DNA from: Candidatus Pacearchaeota archaeon
Lineage (GTDB): Archaea > Nanobdellota > Nanobdellia > UBA10117 > JABICX01
Assembly (NCBI GenBank): GCA_017608025.1
Contig: JAFCGM010000002.1
Location: 6,250 to 70,249 of the forward strand
Length of the DNA: 64,000 nt
Direction: 5' to 3'
Within the stretch, counting starts at the first letter, position 1. Each line of letters opens with the position of its first letter. A program made the translations under genes and the position numbers. Under the pieces are notes generated by a model. It saw only the letters and a list, made by a program, of their open reading frames with translations. It had not been told where the DNA came from and ran no database searches. Below, piece by piece: positions 25,364-34,303 of this stretch.

Positions 25364-26172
25364 TTGAAAATCCTCCTTTCTTCAAGCTCTTTTATTGCGT
25401 TCTCACTCCATATTACAAGCCTTCCTGGAACTGCGCCCGGAGCAAGAAGCTCTGCATTCAAGTCAGAAACTGCTGAAATTTCAGTGCCGAGAATGTTTTT
25501 TGCTGACTTTTGAAGAGGGCATTTTTTTGAAACTACAAAAAGAGGACCTTTTTTTATTTTGTATTTTCTTCCTCTCATTGTTGATATTCCTGGTCTTATT
25601 TTTTTCTTAGAAGTTCTTTTTATTTCGCTTTCAAGTTTTATTTTGCTTAAAAAATTAAGCACATCCTTTGTTTTTGATAAAGACTCTATTTTTGATTCAA
25701 TAATAATTGGAAATTCATTTATCTCTGAAATTCTGTGATTTCTTTTTTCAACTAATTCTTTTCTTGCTGTTGCAGCAATTGCTGAGCAAATTGCAAGCTT
25801 TCTTTCTTTTTTGTTTATTTTTTGAGAGAAATTTTTTTCTGATTTTGGTGGAAATGCTTTTCTTCCTCCAACAGCATTTGCAACAAAAGCTCCTGCCCAT
25901 CCAAACCTGCTTCCGCGATGCCACATTATCTTTCTTTTTATTCTTGAAATTCCATAACCATAGGTTGTTCTATACTTTCTTCTTCTTTTTGGTGTTGCCT
26001 CTCCTTGCTTTGTTCCTGCAAGAGGGTCTGCTCCATATTTTTGCCTTGAATTGCTCTGAATTGAAAGAACTGCTCTTTTTATAAGCTCAGGTCTAATTTC
26101 TTCTGAAAATTGAATAGGTAATTCTATCTGCGATTTTTTCTGGCCTGTGATTGAATAAACTGATGCTTTCAT
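25360..26172 (-). CDS. rpl4: Ribosomal protein L4 (uL4)
   Basis: uL4 sequence. Confidence 0.9.
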   Translation of the reverse strand: MKASVYSITGQKKSQIELPIQFSEEIRPELIKRAVLSIQSNSRQKYGADPLAGTKQGEATPKRRRKYRTTYGYGISRIKRKIMWHRGSRFGWAGAFVANAVGGRKAFPPKSEKNFSQKINKKERKLAICSAIAATARKELVEKRNHRISEINEFPIIIESKIESLSKTKDVLNFLSKIKLESEIKRTSKKKIRPGISTMRGRKYKIKKGPLFVVSKKCPLQKSAKNILGTEISAVSDLNAELLAPGAVPGRLVIWSENAIKELEERRIFK

Positions 26173-26173
26173 T

Positions 26174-27172
26174 TTAATTTCCCTGCTGACTCCTTAAATT
26201 AATTGAAAGAAGCTCTGGTGCTTCTATGCTTTTTTTATGAGCTCGTTTAGGAGTTGTTAATCTTATTTGCCTTTTCTTTGGTCCGGGAATTGAACCTGAC
26301 AAAAGAATATATTTTCCAGATATTTTTCCATAATTAATTATTCCTCCAGAAGGAGTTATTTTATTTTCAGATTCAGATGAAATTCTAAGAATTTTCTTGT
26401 TGTGCTCTGTTCGAGTGTGATATCCTGTTTGTCCTGGATGAGCAACCCTCCATGTTTTTGCATCCCAATTTCCAAGTGTTCCAATTCTTCTTCTTCCTTT
26501 TTCTGCTTTGTGAGACTTGAGCTTCACATGGAATCTTTTAACAACGCCCTGAAGTCCTTTTCCAGTTGTTACAGCGTGAACATCAACAAATTCGCCTTCT
26601 TTGAAAACCTTTGAAATATCAATTTCAGTTCCAAGAATTTCCTTTGCATAATTAAACTTTTCAGAAACATTATTTCCGCCAATTGCTATTTCCATTAAAT
26701 CTGGTTTTTTCTTCAACTTTATTTTTTCAGGTTTTGTATACGCAAGAACGCGGATGTCGGAAAATTCAGAAATTTTATCTTCAATTTGTTTGATTTTTTG
26801 CTGTTCAGTTTTCTTTTTCGGAAGCTTTAGCTTTCGCTTAAGTTCAATGTCAATTGAATCAGCCCAAACTTCAAAGCAAGGTTTCAAGCCATAACTATCT
26901 TTTTTGTAAGCTCTTATTGCAAGAACTTTCATTTCAGGGACTTCAACAATTGTTACTGGCCTTCTTATTTCTTCTCCTTTTCTTGAAGATTTTTTTGCAG
27001 ATTCAACATATAAAACATGAGTCATTCCTGCTTTGTATCCAGTAAAACTGAGAAGCTTTGCAGTCTTACCAAAATTCCAGTTTCTTACCCGAGGATAAAT
27101 CCTTCTAGCTCTTTTCCGATGCCAAAATTGAAGGCTTCCTCTTCTTGGTCTCTTTCTTTTAATATGACCCAT
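26174..27172 (-). CDS. rpl3: Ribosomal protein L3 (uL3)
   Basis: uL3 sequence. First gene of the operon. Confidence 0.9.
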   Translation of the reverse strand: MGHIKRKRPRRGSLQFWHRKRARRIYPRVRNWNFGKTAKLLSFTGYKAGMTHVLYVESAKKSSRKGEEIRRPVTIVEVPEMKVLAIRAYKKDSYGLKPCFEVWADSIDIELKRKLKLPKKKTEQQKIKQIEDKISEFSDIRVLAYTKPEKIKLKKKPDLMEIAIGGNNVSEKFNYAKEILGTEIDISKVFKEGEFVDVHAVTTGKGLQGVVKRFHVKLKSHKAEKGRRRIGTLGNWDAKTWRVAHPGQTGYHTRTEHNKKILRISSESENKITPSGGIINYGKISGKYILLSGSIPGPKKRQIRLTTPKRAHKKSIEAPELLSINLRSQQGN

Positions 27173-27376
27173 TGTTCACTTCTGTTAGTTTTTATGAGTA
27201 TTATGTGTTGTTTTTAAAGTTTGTTGTTTGCAAACTTTTCGTCAAAATCTAATTACTACGACGGCAGAAATATCATCTGTTACAGGGGTAGAATATAAGA
27301 AAAATAAAGTGTTTATAAATATTTTGTTTTTTTTCCGCGAACGCTTTTTTCAAAAGGGTTTATATAAATGTTTGAT

Positions 27377-27922
27377 TTAAAATAGTTCATCAGCACGTTT
27401 CCGTACTTTTTTATCTATGTTTCTAGTTGATAATATAATATTCTCAAGATTTTGTTTTAAATCAACAAATTGCCTATCTTTAATTCCTTTATTTTCTAAA
27501 ACACGTTTATATAAATTAAAAACACGATTAAGATTTACAAAATGCTTTCCTTTTGAATATATAACATTACTTTGATTTACAATAAATGGAAAGTCAAAAG
27601 TTCTTCCTGTTTTTCCAAGTTTATCTGTAGCTTCTGAATAAGCCTCATTAATATTCCAAATAAGTGCACGCATTGCACCTATATCCAAAACAAAATAATT
27701 AATTTCACCTGTCTGAAGATCTACAGCCTTAGCGACACCAGATAATTCATACATAAAATCAATACTTCCTGGAAGATCTCTATTTTTTAAATAATGCTTA
27801 TATTCATCAAGAAATTCTTCTTTTGTACAGCTTACAGCATGTTTTAGTTTAAAATTAAATAACGGGTCTTTTGTAAGACAATTCCACAAATCATGATTAT
27901 CTTCCCAACTTTTAGCTTCCAT
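27377..27922 (-). CDS. Hypothetical protein (orphan, inside an AT-rich gap)
   Basis: 181-aa ORF with no recognised motif. Flanked by very AT-rich spacers between the L3 operon start and tfs. Confidence 0.35.
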   Translation of the reverse strand: MEAKSWEDNHDLWNCLTKDPLFNFKLKHAVSCTKEEFLDEYKHYLKNRDLPGSIDFMYELSGVAKAVDLQTGEINYFVLDIGAMRALIWNINEAYSEATDKLGKTGRTFDFPFIVNQSNVIYSKGKHFVNLNRVFNLYKRVLENKGIKDRQFVDLKQNLENIILSTRNIDKKVRKRADELF

Positions 27923-28096
27923 TTATATACTATAATATATAAATAAATTATAATTTTTATTTAAAAAAGTTACTATTTAGGAGTAACACTGCTTTTTCTT
28001 TTGCAAAGAAAAGGTAAATCGATAAAAGAAGCAAATTATTCTTTTTTCAGAAATAGTTTTCTCTAATTTTCAGCCAGCGCTTTTTCTAAAGAAAAA

Positions 28097-28396
28097 TTAT
28101 TCGTATTCCCGCCATGTGTGCTTGCACTTTACGCATCTGAAGAAAGTTGTTTCAGGTTCATCTGAAGCGCGTGTTTGCTGGGTCCACCAAAAAGCTGTTT
28201 CATATCCGCATTTTGGGCATTCTTGTTTTGTTGTTGGAAGTGTTGCTTCTTCTTTTTCAAAAACGCCTTTTCCTTCTTGGCTTTCAGAAATTTTTTCTGT
28301 TAATTTTATGTCTCCTTTTTTGGAAAAACCGCATTCACAGACCAGTTTTCCGTTGTTAGGCACTAAAATACTCCCGCATTTTGGACAGATTTGCAT
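28097..28396 (-). CDS. tfs: Transcription factor S / RNAP subunit M (TFIIS-type zinc ribbon)
   Basis: N-terminal CPKCG...C zinc ribbon. C-terminal CPKCG...AFWWTQQTRASDEPETTFFRCVKCKHTWREY TFIIS signature. Confidence 0.85.
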   Translation of the reverse strand: MQICPKCGSILVPNNGKLVCECGFSKKGDIKLTEKISESQEGKGVFEKEEATLPTTKQECPKCGYETAFWWTQQTRASDEPETTFFRCVKCKHTWREYE

Positions 28397-28562
28397 GGTT
28401 TTCCTAAAAAGCCTATTCTAATTTAAAAGTGTTTCTATAGAAAAAAATAGAACACTAACTATAATATGTAAAAAAAGTAAGTATCACAAATTGTCAAATC
28501 CATAATTATATCTGCTACAGGATTTATTTTACTTTAAAAAGTGTTTGTATTCCCAAAGCTTT

Positions 28563-28656
28563 CTTAGAAAGAAAGCTTGCAAAGAACAACATTTTTCTTA
28601 GAAAGAAAGCTTGCAAAGAACAACATTTTTCTTAGAAAGAAAGCTTGCAAAAAATT
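28563..28656. repeat. Tandem repeat, 34-bp unit x ~2.8, each unit a palindrome (gctttctt-aga-aagaaagc)
   Basis: cttagaaagaaagcttgcaaagaacaacattttt repeated head-to-tail. Confidence 0.85.
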
Positions 28657-28661
28657 GAAAT

Positions 28662-28714
28662 TTTAGAAAAAGCGGCTAGGACTACATCTAAGGCGGCTAC
28701 GCCTTCTGCGGAAA
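28662..28714 (-). ncRNA. Candidate small RNA or conserved intergenic element, family D copy 1
   Basis: Near-identical 53-bp copy of 32318-32370: tttagaaaaagcggctaggactRcRtctaaggcggctacgccttctgcggaaa. Minus-sense would end in T5. Confidence 0.3.
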
Positions 28715-28889
28715 AATAGCTCTTTTTCTTTTCGAGAACATTTTCTTTTTCAAAAGAAAAGGTTCAAGCGAGCCCGGAGGGATTCGATTACCTCGGCAAA
28801 CCCTTTAAAAAAGTGTTTGCATTCCCAAATGTTTTTTTCGAGCGAAGCGAGACTTTTTAGCAACTTGCCTTTTTTTGAAAAAGGCAGAG

Positions 28890-29052
28890 CGAGCCCGGAG
28901 GGATTCGAACCCTCGATCTACAGCTAACTCCAGCACATTAAAGTCTTTTAGCTTATCTTTGCAGGCATCGCATTTTGTTTGCCTGCTCAAAGCGCCAGCC
29001 AATTTTGCGGCTGTAGGAGGCTGTCGCCCTATCCAGACTAGGCTACGGGCCC
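28890..29052 (-). tRNA. tRNA-Arg(CCT) with 88-nt intron at 37/38; the intron carries a family-A repeat module
   Basis: Acceptor GGGCCCG/CGGGCTC. Anticodon stem ACAGC/GCTGT with loop CTCCTA^A. T-arm GAGGG-TTCGAAT-CCCTC. Intron contains CAGCCG-CAAAAT-TGGCTG plus a long stem. Confidence 0.65.
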
Positions 29053-29585
29053 AGTTAAAGAAAACTGCAATATCTTAATAAAACTTGCCAATTCACTACC
29101 GAAATTCTTTAATCTATGTGTTTCTATAAAATTAACATGAAAAACAAACATAGATTAATTGCTTTCTTTTTAGTACTTGTTTTTGTAGTAAGCTTCTTGT
29201 TTTTTGGAAGGATTTTCAGCATAATAGATTCTCTTTCTGATTTAACAGGCGCGGAAATTCTAAAGACTCCAGAAGAAAAGTCAGAAGAATACTCATCTGT
29301 CTGCGAGCAGAAAGACTTTTCAAAAAATTATCGCGACTGTATTTACTGGGAACAGGAAGGGGAAAAACAAGATTCTCTTTCAAAGCTTTCAGACGAAGCA
29401 GTGGAATCTTTTTGCAAAGAGCTATTTAGAATTTACAAAACTTGCGAATAGAAACATTTTTAACTGATATTTTGGGTTTAACTCATATCAGATTTGCTCT
29501 GAGCTAACTTTCGACTGTTGAACAGCAGCGGGATGTCTTTGCCAGCGCTTTTCTGAAAAGAGATATGCATCATGATCTAATGCTC

Positions 29586-29678
29586 CTTCTCGTGAAGGGA
29601 GTTACATGCGGCTGCAAAATCAGCCGGCACTTTCATCAGGCAACAAAGTACGATGCCTGATTGTGATTCACGAACACA
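29586..29678 (-). repeat. Family-A structured repeat element (copy A7), directly 5' of tRNA-Gly
   Basis: tccttctcgtgaaggga...gcggctg-CAAAAT-cagccg...ttcacgaa. Flanked by a duplicated ~20-bp tRNA-Gly 5' segment (29565-29585 / 29680-29700). Confidence 0.7.
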
Positions 29679-29681
29679 TAT

Positions 29682-29753
29682 GCACCGATGATCTAATGGC
29701 TATGATTCGAGCCTTCCAAGCTCGCTGTCTGGGTTCGATTCCCAGTCGGTGCA
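29682..29753 (+). tRNA. tRNA-Gly(TCC)
   Basis: Acceptor GCACCGA/TCGGTGC+A. Anticodon stem-loop CGAGC-CTTCCAA-GCTCG. T-arm CTGGG-TTCGATT-CCCAG. T6 terminator follows. Confidence 0.85.
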
Positions 29754-30221
29754 TTTTTTGTGATTTCAAAAATCAGCAAAATTCATTAGAAAAAATTTCA
29801 TTAAAAAAGCAGTAGCGCCTGAGAAGATTTGAACAGAACCCCTTTAAAAAAGGGTCTTCCAACCCCAAAAACTGATTGAAGCTAAAAAAGCAAGATTAAA
29901 AAGTGTGATTTTGTTTTTTCTTAATCTAAAACTGAGTTCATTATCTTTTCAAGTTGTAAAATCATGACTGGGTTGAGGTCCTTCTTCAATGTATAGTCTT
30001 ATCATTTCATCTTGTGATTTTTTAATTAAATTAAAGAGTTTATTATTTTTCTCATAGATATTATTTTGTTTTAATTCTATAAACGAATGTGTTATATAAA
30101 GTTTAAAAAGTTAATTAAATTATATAAAAAAGAATCTTTTTAAAATATCTAAACAATACTTGCATTCCAAATATTGTTTTTCTTTGGGCAACTTGCACTT
30201 TCTTTTTCTAAAAGAAAGGGC

Positions 30222-30340
30222 AGCGCCTGGGGAGATTTGAACTCCCGACATCTTGCTTTCTCGTTTTTTCTGTTAATATTTTTGCGCGAAGCAGAAACGA
30301 GTTACGAGGCAAGCGCTCTACCAGACTGAGCTACAGACGC
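30222..30340 (-). tRNA. tRNA-Thr(CGT) with ~46-nt intron
   Basis: Acceptor GCGTCTG/CAGGCGC. D-arm GCTC-AGTCTGGTA-GAGC. Anticodon stem CTTGC/GCAAG with loop CTCGTAA. T-arm GGGAG-TTCAAAT-CTCCC. Confidence 0.75.
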
Positions 30341-30432
30341 AAGGTTGTATAAAAAACTTAAGCAAAATACTTTTTTTAATTGTATGGTTTTCAAAACAAA
30401 CAAATATAAGGTTTTAATTTTAGAATTTATTT

Positions 30433-30969
30433 ATGGACAATCTTCTGGATGATATATTTGAAAAAAGGGAAGAAGAGCAACGACAGGAAGCTAAAAAGTA
30501 TGTTGAACTTGTTCATCAAGCAAGAAAGGAAATTGATTTGGCAGACCATCTTTTTAATGTTACTTACAACGCAATCAAAGACTTGAAAATGCTTGCTGCA
30601 ATTGAAGACCACATAATAAAATCAAGTTTCTGTGCTTTGAACTCTCTTTTGGAGTATCTTCGCCAAAAACATAAGATTGAAGCATTTTCAACAAACAAAT
30701 CTGTAATGGTTGACTTGTTTGAGAGAAAAGTTATTGGTAAGTATAATTCTTTTGAGCTTAATGACATTCATTTTCTGAACAGACTAATTGACCTTGAGCA
30801 TTACATGAAAAACAGCACACTAAGATTCAAAAGAGGGACTTCTTATGTTCTTGCTTTGCCAGATTATTCAATAAAATCACTTAACTCAGATATTGTAAAA
30901 AACCATTTGTCTGTATCCAATGACTTTGTTTCTCGAGTAGAAAAAGAGTTAAATAATAATGAAGATTAA
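30433..30969 (+). CDS. Hypothetical protein
   Basis: 178-aa ORF with no recognised motif. Confidence 0.35.
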   Translation: MDNLLDDIFEKREEEQRQEAKKYVELVHQARKEIDLADHLFNVTYNAIKDLKMLAAIEDHIIKSSFCALNSLLEYLRQKHKIEAFSTNKSVMVDLFERKVIGKYNSFELNDIHFLNRLIDLEHYMKNSTLRFKRGTSYVLALPDYSIKSLNSDIVKNHLSVSNDFVSRVEKELNNNED

Positions 30970-30995
30970 TTGATATTAATGCTTTTGGGGTTAAA

Positions 30996-31373
30996 ATGGA
31001 TAAATTTGAAGAAATTGAAAAAAAAATATCTTTTGCAGAGTTTTTAATTGGAAGAGGTTCAAAAGAATATTCTGTTGGTGCAATAAAGCATGTTATTTCT
31101 GCTGCGCAGATTCTTGTACAGCAAATAACAAGCTTGAATGAATACGATGCAAAAAGCCCGCAAATTGCAAAATCATCTCTTAAAAAATTCAAAGAAGATG
31201 AAATAAAAGATTTTTCTAAATTCTACCAGAAACTTCTTACAAAAGAAGAAAAATCTCATATTACTCCTCAAGAAGTTGAAGAAGACATACAGAAACTTAA
31301 GAAATTTACTGAGATAGCTAAAAGAATGAAAGGAAATAATGAAAAAAGGCACAATTTTTTTCGGGAAGTTTAA
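30996..31373 (+). CDS. Hypothetical protein
   Basis: 125-aa, alpha-helical, K/E-rich. Co-oriented with the 30433 ORF. Confidence 0.35.
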   Translation: MDKFEEIEKKISFAEFLIGRGSKEYSVGAIKHVISAAQILVQQITSLNEYDAKSPQIAKSSLKKFKEDEIKDFSKFYQKLLTKEEKSHITPQEVEEDIQKLKKFTEIAKRMKGNNEKRHNFFREV

Positions 31374-32096
31374 TTATCCTACGTAGCTCAAATCTTTACT
31401 CTTTTTTGCAAGGTCTTTTTTTCCTCTAAGTCCTTCTTTTAAAATCGCCTTGATTTTTGTTTCTGTTTCTTCTGCTTTTTTCAAAAGAGGCCGTACATCA
31501 ATTTTTAAAGCTAAATAGTTGTTCAGAACTTTTACAATTTCTGCTGCTGCTCTGCTGTCTGGAAGCTTTGATGTTGTTTCTGCAAAGATGTAAGTTAAGG
31601 GCAGTTTTTTTGGAGCTCTTAGCATTAAAGAACCTGTAACTCCTAAAACAGCGCCTTCCTTAAGTTCAGAGTAACCTAATTTTTTCAGCTTTTTCTCAAT
31701 TGCTTCTTTGTTTGAGTGGTAGAATGGGCTGCTGATTTTTTTCTTTGTAAATGGAGCATTAACTCCTTCTATACTTATTACTTCTTTTGCCTTTACTTTT
31801 TTTGAAAATTGAATAATTGTATCTGCAATTTTCCATTCTAAACCATTAACATCTGTAATTGCGTGAAGCAAAATAAGATTGTTTTTATTGTCATAAAAAA
31901 TTTCAAAAGGTCTTCTTAATTCTCCCTTGTGAATTGTAGCAATTGGAGCAAGCTTATCTGAAACAATTTTTCCAATTGGCTTTGCTTTCAAATTTTCAAT
32001 AAGATATTCCATAGCTATTGTGCTAACATATCCAAGACCAGGAAAACCTTCAATTATAATTGGATTTTTTGGAATTTTTTCAAGAGAAACTTCCAT
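31374..32096 (-). CDS. PAC2-family protein (proteasome-assembly-chaperone-like)
   Basis: IIIEGFPGLGYVSTIAMEYL N-terminal signature of the PAC2/COG1938 family. Start taken at MEVSLE. Confidence 0.5.
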   Translation of the reverse strand: MEVSLEKIPKNPIIIEGFPGLGYVSTIAMEYLIENLKAKPIGKIVSDKLAPIATIHKGELRRPFEIFYDNKNNLILLHAITDVNGLEWKIADTIIQFSKKVKAKEVISIEGVNAPFTKKKISSPFYHSNKEAIEKKLKKLGYSELKEGAVLGVTGSLMLRAPKKLPLTYIFAETTSKLPDSRAAAEIVKVLNNYLALKIDVRPLLKKAEETETKIKAILKEGLRGKKDLAKKSKDLSYVG

Positions 32097-32206
32097 TGTA
32101 TTATAAAAATATATATAATGGTTTATATAATTTGTTGAAAAAATTTCTAAAAGTTTCATCAAAAATAAAAGGAAATATTTATAAATCGCATATTTTACTT
32201 AGATTT

Positions 32207-32316
32207 TAGCGGTCATAGCCCAGGGGTTCACCTGTTCCCATTTCGAACACAGAAGTTAAGCCCTGGTACGTTCCCGGTTGTACTGCATTTATGTGGGAAT
32301 CCGGGAAAGCTGCTAC
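32207..32316 (+). rRNA. rrf: 5S rRNA (stand-alone, not linked to 16S/23S in this window)
   Basis: GCGGTCATAGCCCAGGGGTTCACCTGTTCCCATTTCGAACACAGAAGTTAAGCCC... with terminal helix I pairing, followed by T6. Confidence 0.8.
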
Positions 32317-32317
32317 T

Positions 32318-32370
32318 TTTTTAGAAAAAGCGGCTAGGACTGCGTCTAAGGCGGCTACGCCTTCTGCGGA
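32318..32370 (-). ncRNA. Candidate small RNA or conserved element, family D copy 2
   Basis: Second copy of the family-D 53-mer, directly after the 5S terminator. Followed by the palindrome gaaacttttggaaaaagtttc also found at the tRNA-Leu 5' flank. Confidence 0.3.
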
Positions 32371-32459
32371 AACTTTTGGAAAAAGTTTCATCAAAAACAG
32401 AATCATATTTTTACATTATCTCTTTTCCATATTGATTTTAGTTAAGATTCTTTAGTGCA

Positions 32460-32540
32460 GTCCTTTTAGCTAAGAGACCCACGCTGGCGACAAACATTGG
32501 TTATGAAAAGTCGCATAAGCTCTTAAATTATTTCTTTTTC
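32460..32540 (-). repeat. Degenerate family-A element flanked by diverged ~30-bp direct repeats
   Basis: gtccttttagctaagagacccacgctggcg... between attgattttagttaagattctttagtgca and atgttaattttaactaagactctttggtgca. Confidence 0.5.
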
Positions 32541-32645
32541 ATGTTAATTTTAACTAAGACTCTTTGGTGCATTTTTTGAATAAATGCTTTTTTGTCATCC
32601 ATTTCAGAAGCTTCATAATAAAACAAAAATAAAAATTAAATTTGT

Positions 32646-32990
32646 TTGATACGGGTTCAAAAACTTTATATTAAATTACAGAAAAGGAAAAAAATGGATA
32701 TTAACACTTTCGGATATGCAGCAGTTATGTATTTTTCCGAAGACCAAGAAAATGTTTTTTTTGAAACATCAAAAGGTTATTTAATAAGCCAGGAAAATTC
32801 TCTTTCATCAAGACTTTTGAGGCAGAGCCTGTTGAAGCCAAAATCAAAGCAAGTAAAATTTGAATTTAATGGGAGCACTATTAAGATTTATATTGATTCT
32901 GGTTTTGGAAATCCAAAAGAAATTATTTTTCGAGATGTAAGTAGGGATCACAAAATGGATGAAGGTTCCTTATTTATGCGCGCAGCATAA
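32646..32990 (+). CDS. Hypothetical protein (probable start at MDINTF, nt 32694)
   Basis: No recognised motif. Confidence 0.3.
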   Translation: MIRVQKLYIKLQKRKKMDINTFGYAAVMYFSEDQENVFFETSKGYLISQENSLSSRLLRQSLLKPKSKQVKFEFNGSTIKIYIDSGFGNPKEIIFRDVSRDHKMDEGSLFMRAA

Positions 32991-34303
32991 TGGAAGATTT
33001 AGTTATAAAAAACGCAAAGATTTTAACTATGAATAAAAATTCTGATATTCTGAATAATTCGTGGATTTCTGTTAAAGGAAATTTAATTTCTGGAATTGGA
33101 AACATGGAAGCACCAAAAGCAAAAAAAATGATTGACTGTAATGGCAAACTTGTTATGCCAGGATTAATCAATGTTCATACTCATGCTTCTATGAACTTGC
33201 TGAGAGGAGTTGCAGATGACTTGCCTCTGCAAGAGTGGCTTTTTAATCATATTTTTCCAATTGAAAACAAATTCATTAACAAAGAGTTTGTTTATTGGGG
33301 GACTAAGCTAGCAATTGCAGAAATGCTTTTGTCAGGAACAACAACTTTTGTTGATATGTATTTTGAAAAAAACGAAGCTGCAAGAGCATGTGAAGATTCT
33401 GGAATTCGAGGGATTATTTCCTGGGCAGCACTTAATTTGCCAACAAAAGAAAATCCAGACAAAATAGCAAAAAAAAGTGAGGACTTCATAAATAAATGGA
33501 AAAAAAGTTCTCTTGTTATTCCTGCTGTTGGACCTCATTCAGTTTACACCTGCTCTGAAAAACTTCTCAAAAAAATGAAAGAAGTTTCAGACAAGCATAG
33601 TTGCATTTACCACATTCATGTCTCAGAAACTGAGAAAGAGAACAAAGAACATTTTAAGAAACATAAAAAATCACCAATCAAATATCTAAATGATTTGAAT
33701 ATTTTGTCTGAAAAAACTCTTGCTGCTCATTGTGTTCATCTTGACAAAAAAGATATTGAAATTATAAAAAACAAAAATGTTCGAGTTGCATATAATCCAG
33801 AAAGCAATGCAAAACTTGCTTCAGGCATTGCACCAGTAAGAGTACTGCTAGAAAATGGAGTTACAGTTGGAATTGGAACTGACGGAGTTGCAAGCAACAA
33901 CAACCTCAATCTGTTTGAGGAAATGAAATTTGCAAGCTTAATTCAAAAAGCCAATGAAATGGATGCAACAGTTTTACCTGCAAAAAAAATTGTGGAAATG
34001 GCTACAATTGACGGAGCAAAATGCCTTGGTCTGGAAAAAGAGATTGGCTCTATTGAAAAAGGAAAAAAAGCTGACTTAATTGTTTTAGATACAAAAAAAC
34101 CACATATGTTTCCAGAGTATAACACTTATTCAAATATAGTTTATTCTGCAAACGGAAGTGAAGTTGAAATAGTAATTGTTAATGGAAAAGTCCTTGTTGA
34201 AAATCAGAAGATAATTTCTTTTGATTTAAATGAAGTTATGAAGAAATGCAGAGATATTGTTGAAAAAATAAGAAAATTCAAAGAAGCTTCAAGTCAGAAA
34301 TAA
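32990..34303 (+). CDS. Amidohydrolase-family deaminase (MTA/SAH deaminase MtaD-like, COG0402)
   Basis: Metal-binding HTH at the start of GLINVHTHASM, internal HIHVSE, and a C-terminal GTDG-type aspartate motif. Confidence 0.7.
   Translation: MEDLVIKNAKILTMNKNSDILNNSWISVKGNLISGIGNMEAPKAKKMIDCNGKLVMPGLINVHTHASMNLLRGVADDLPLQEWLFNHIFPIENKFINKEFVYWGTKLAIAEMLLSGTTTFVDMYFEKNEAARACEDSGIRGIISWAALNLPTKENPDKIAKKSEDFINKWKKSSLVIPAVGPHSVYTCSEKLLKKMKEVSDKHSCIYHIHVSETEKENKEHFKKHKKSPIKYLNDLNILSEKTLAAHCVHLDKKDIEIIKNKNVRVAYNPESNAKLASGIAPVRVLLENGVTVGIGTDGVASNNNLNLFEEMKFASLIQKANEMDATVLPAKKIVEMATIDGAKCLGLEKEIGSIEKGKKADLIVLDTKKPHMFPEYNTYSNIVYSANGSEVEIVIVNGKVLVENQKIISFDLNEVMKKCRDIVEKIRKFKEASSQK

Noticed and set aside
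28563-28656. Possibility that the tandem and dispersed repeats are a CRISPR array.
   Set aside because: Repeats are not interspaced by unique spacers of uniform length. Units are directly tandem (34 bp) or dispersed at gene boundaries. No cas genes or leader are present in the window.
29816-29840. tRNA-3'-half-like sequence (minus: ...gttcaaatcttctcaggcgct + T6) as a possible split-tRNA half gene.
   Set aside because: The T-stem does not pair (TTCTG/CTTCT) and no complementary 5' half was found in the window. Kept only as a tRNA-derived fragment associated with the recurring 25-nt motif.
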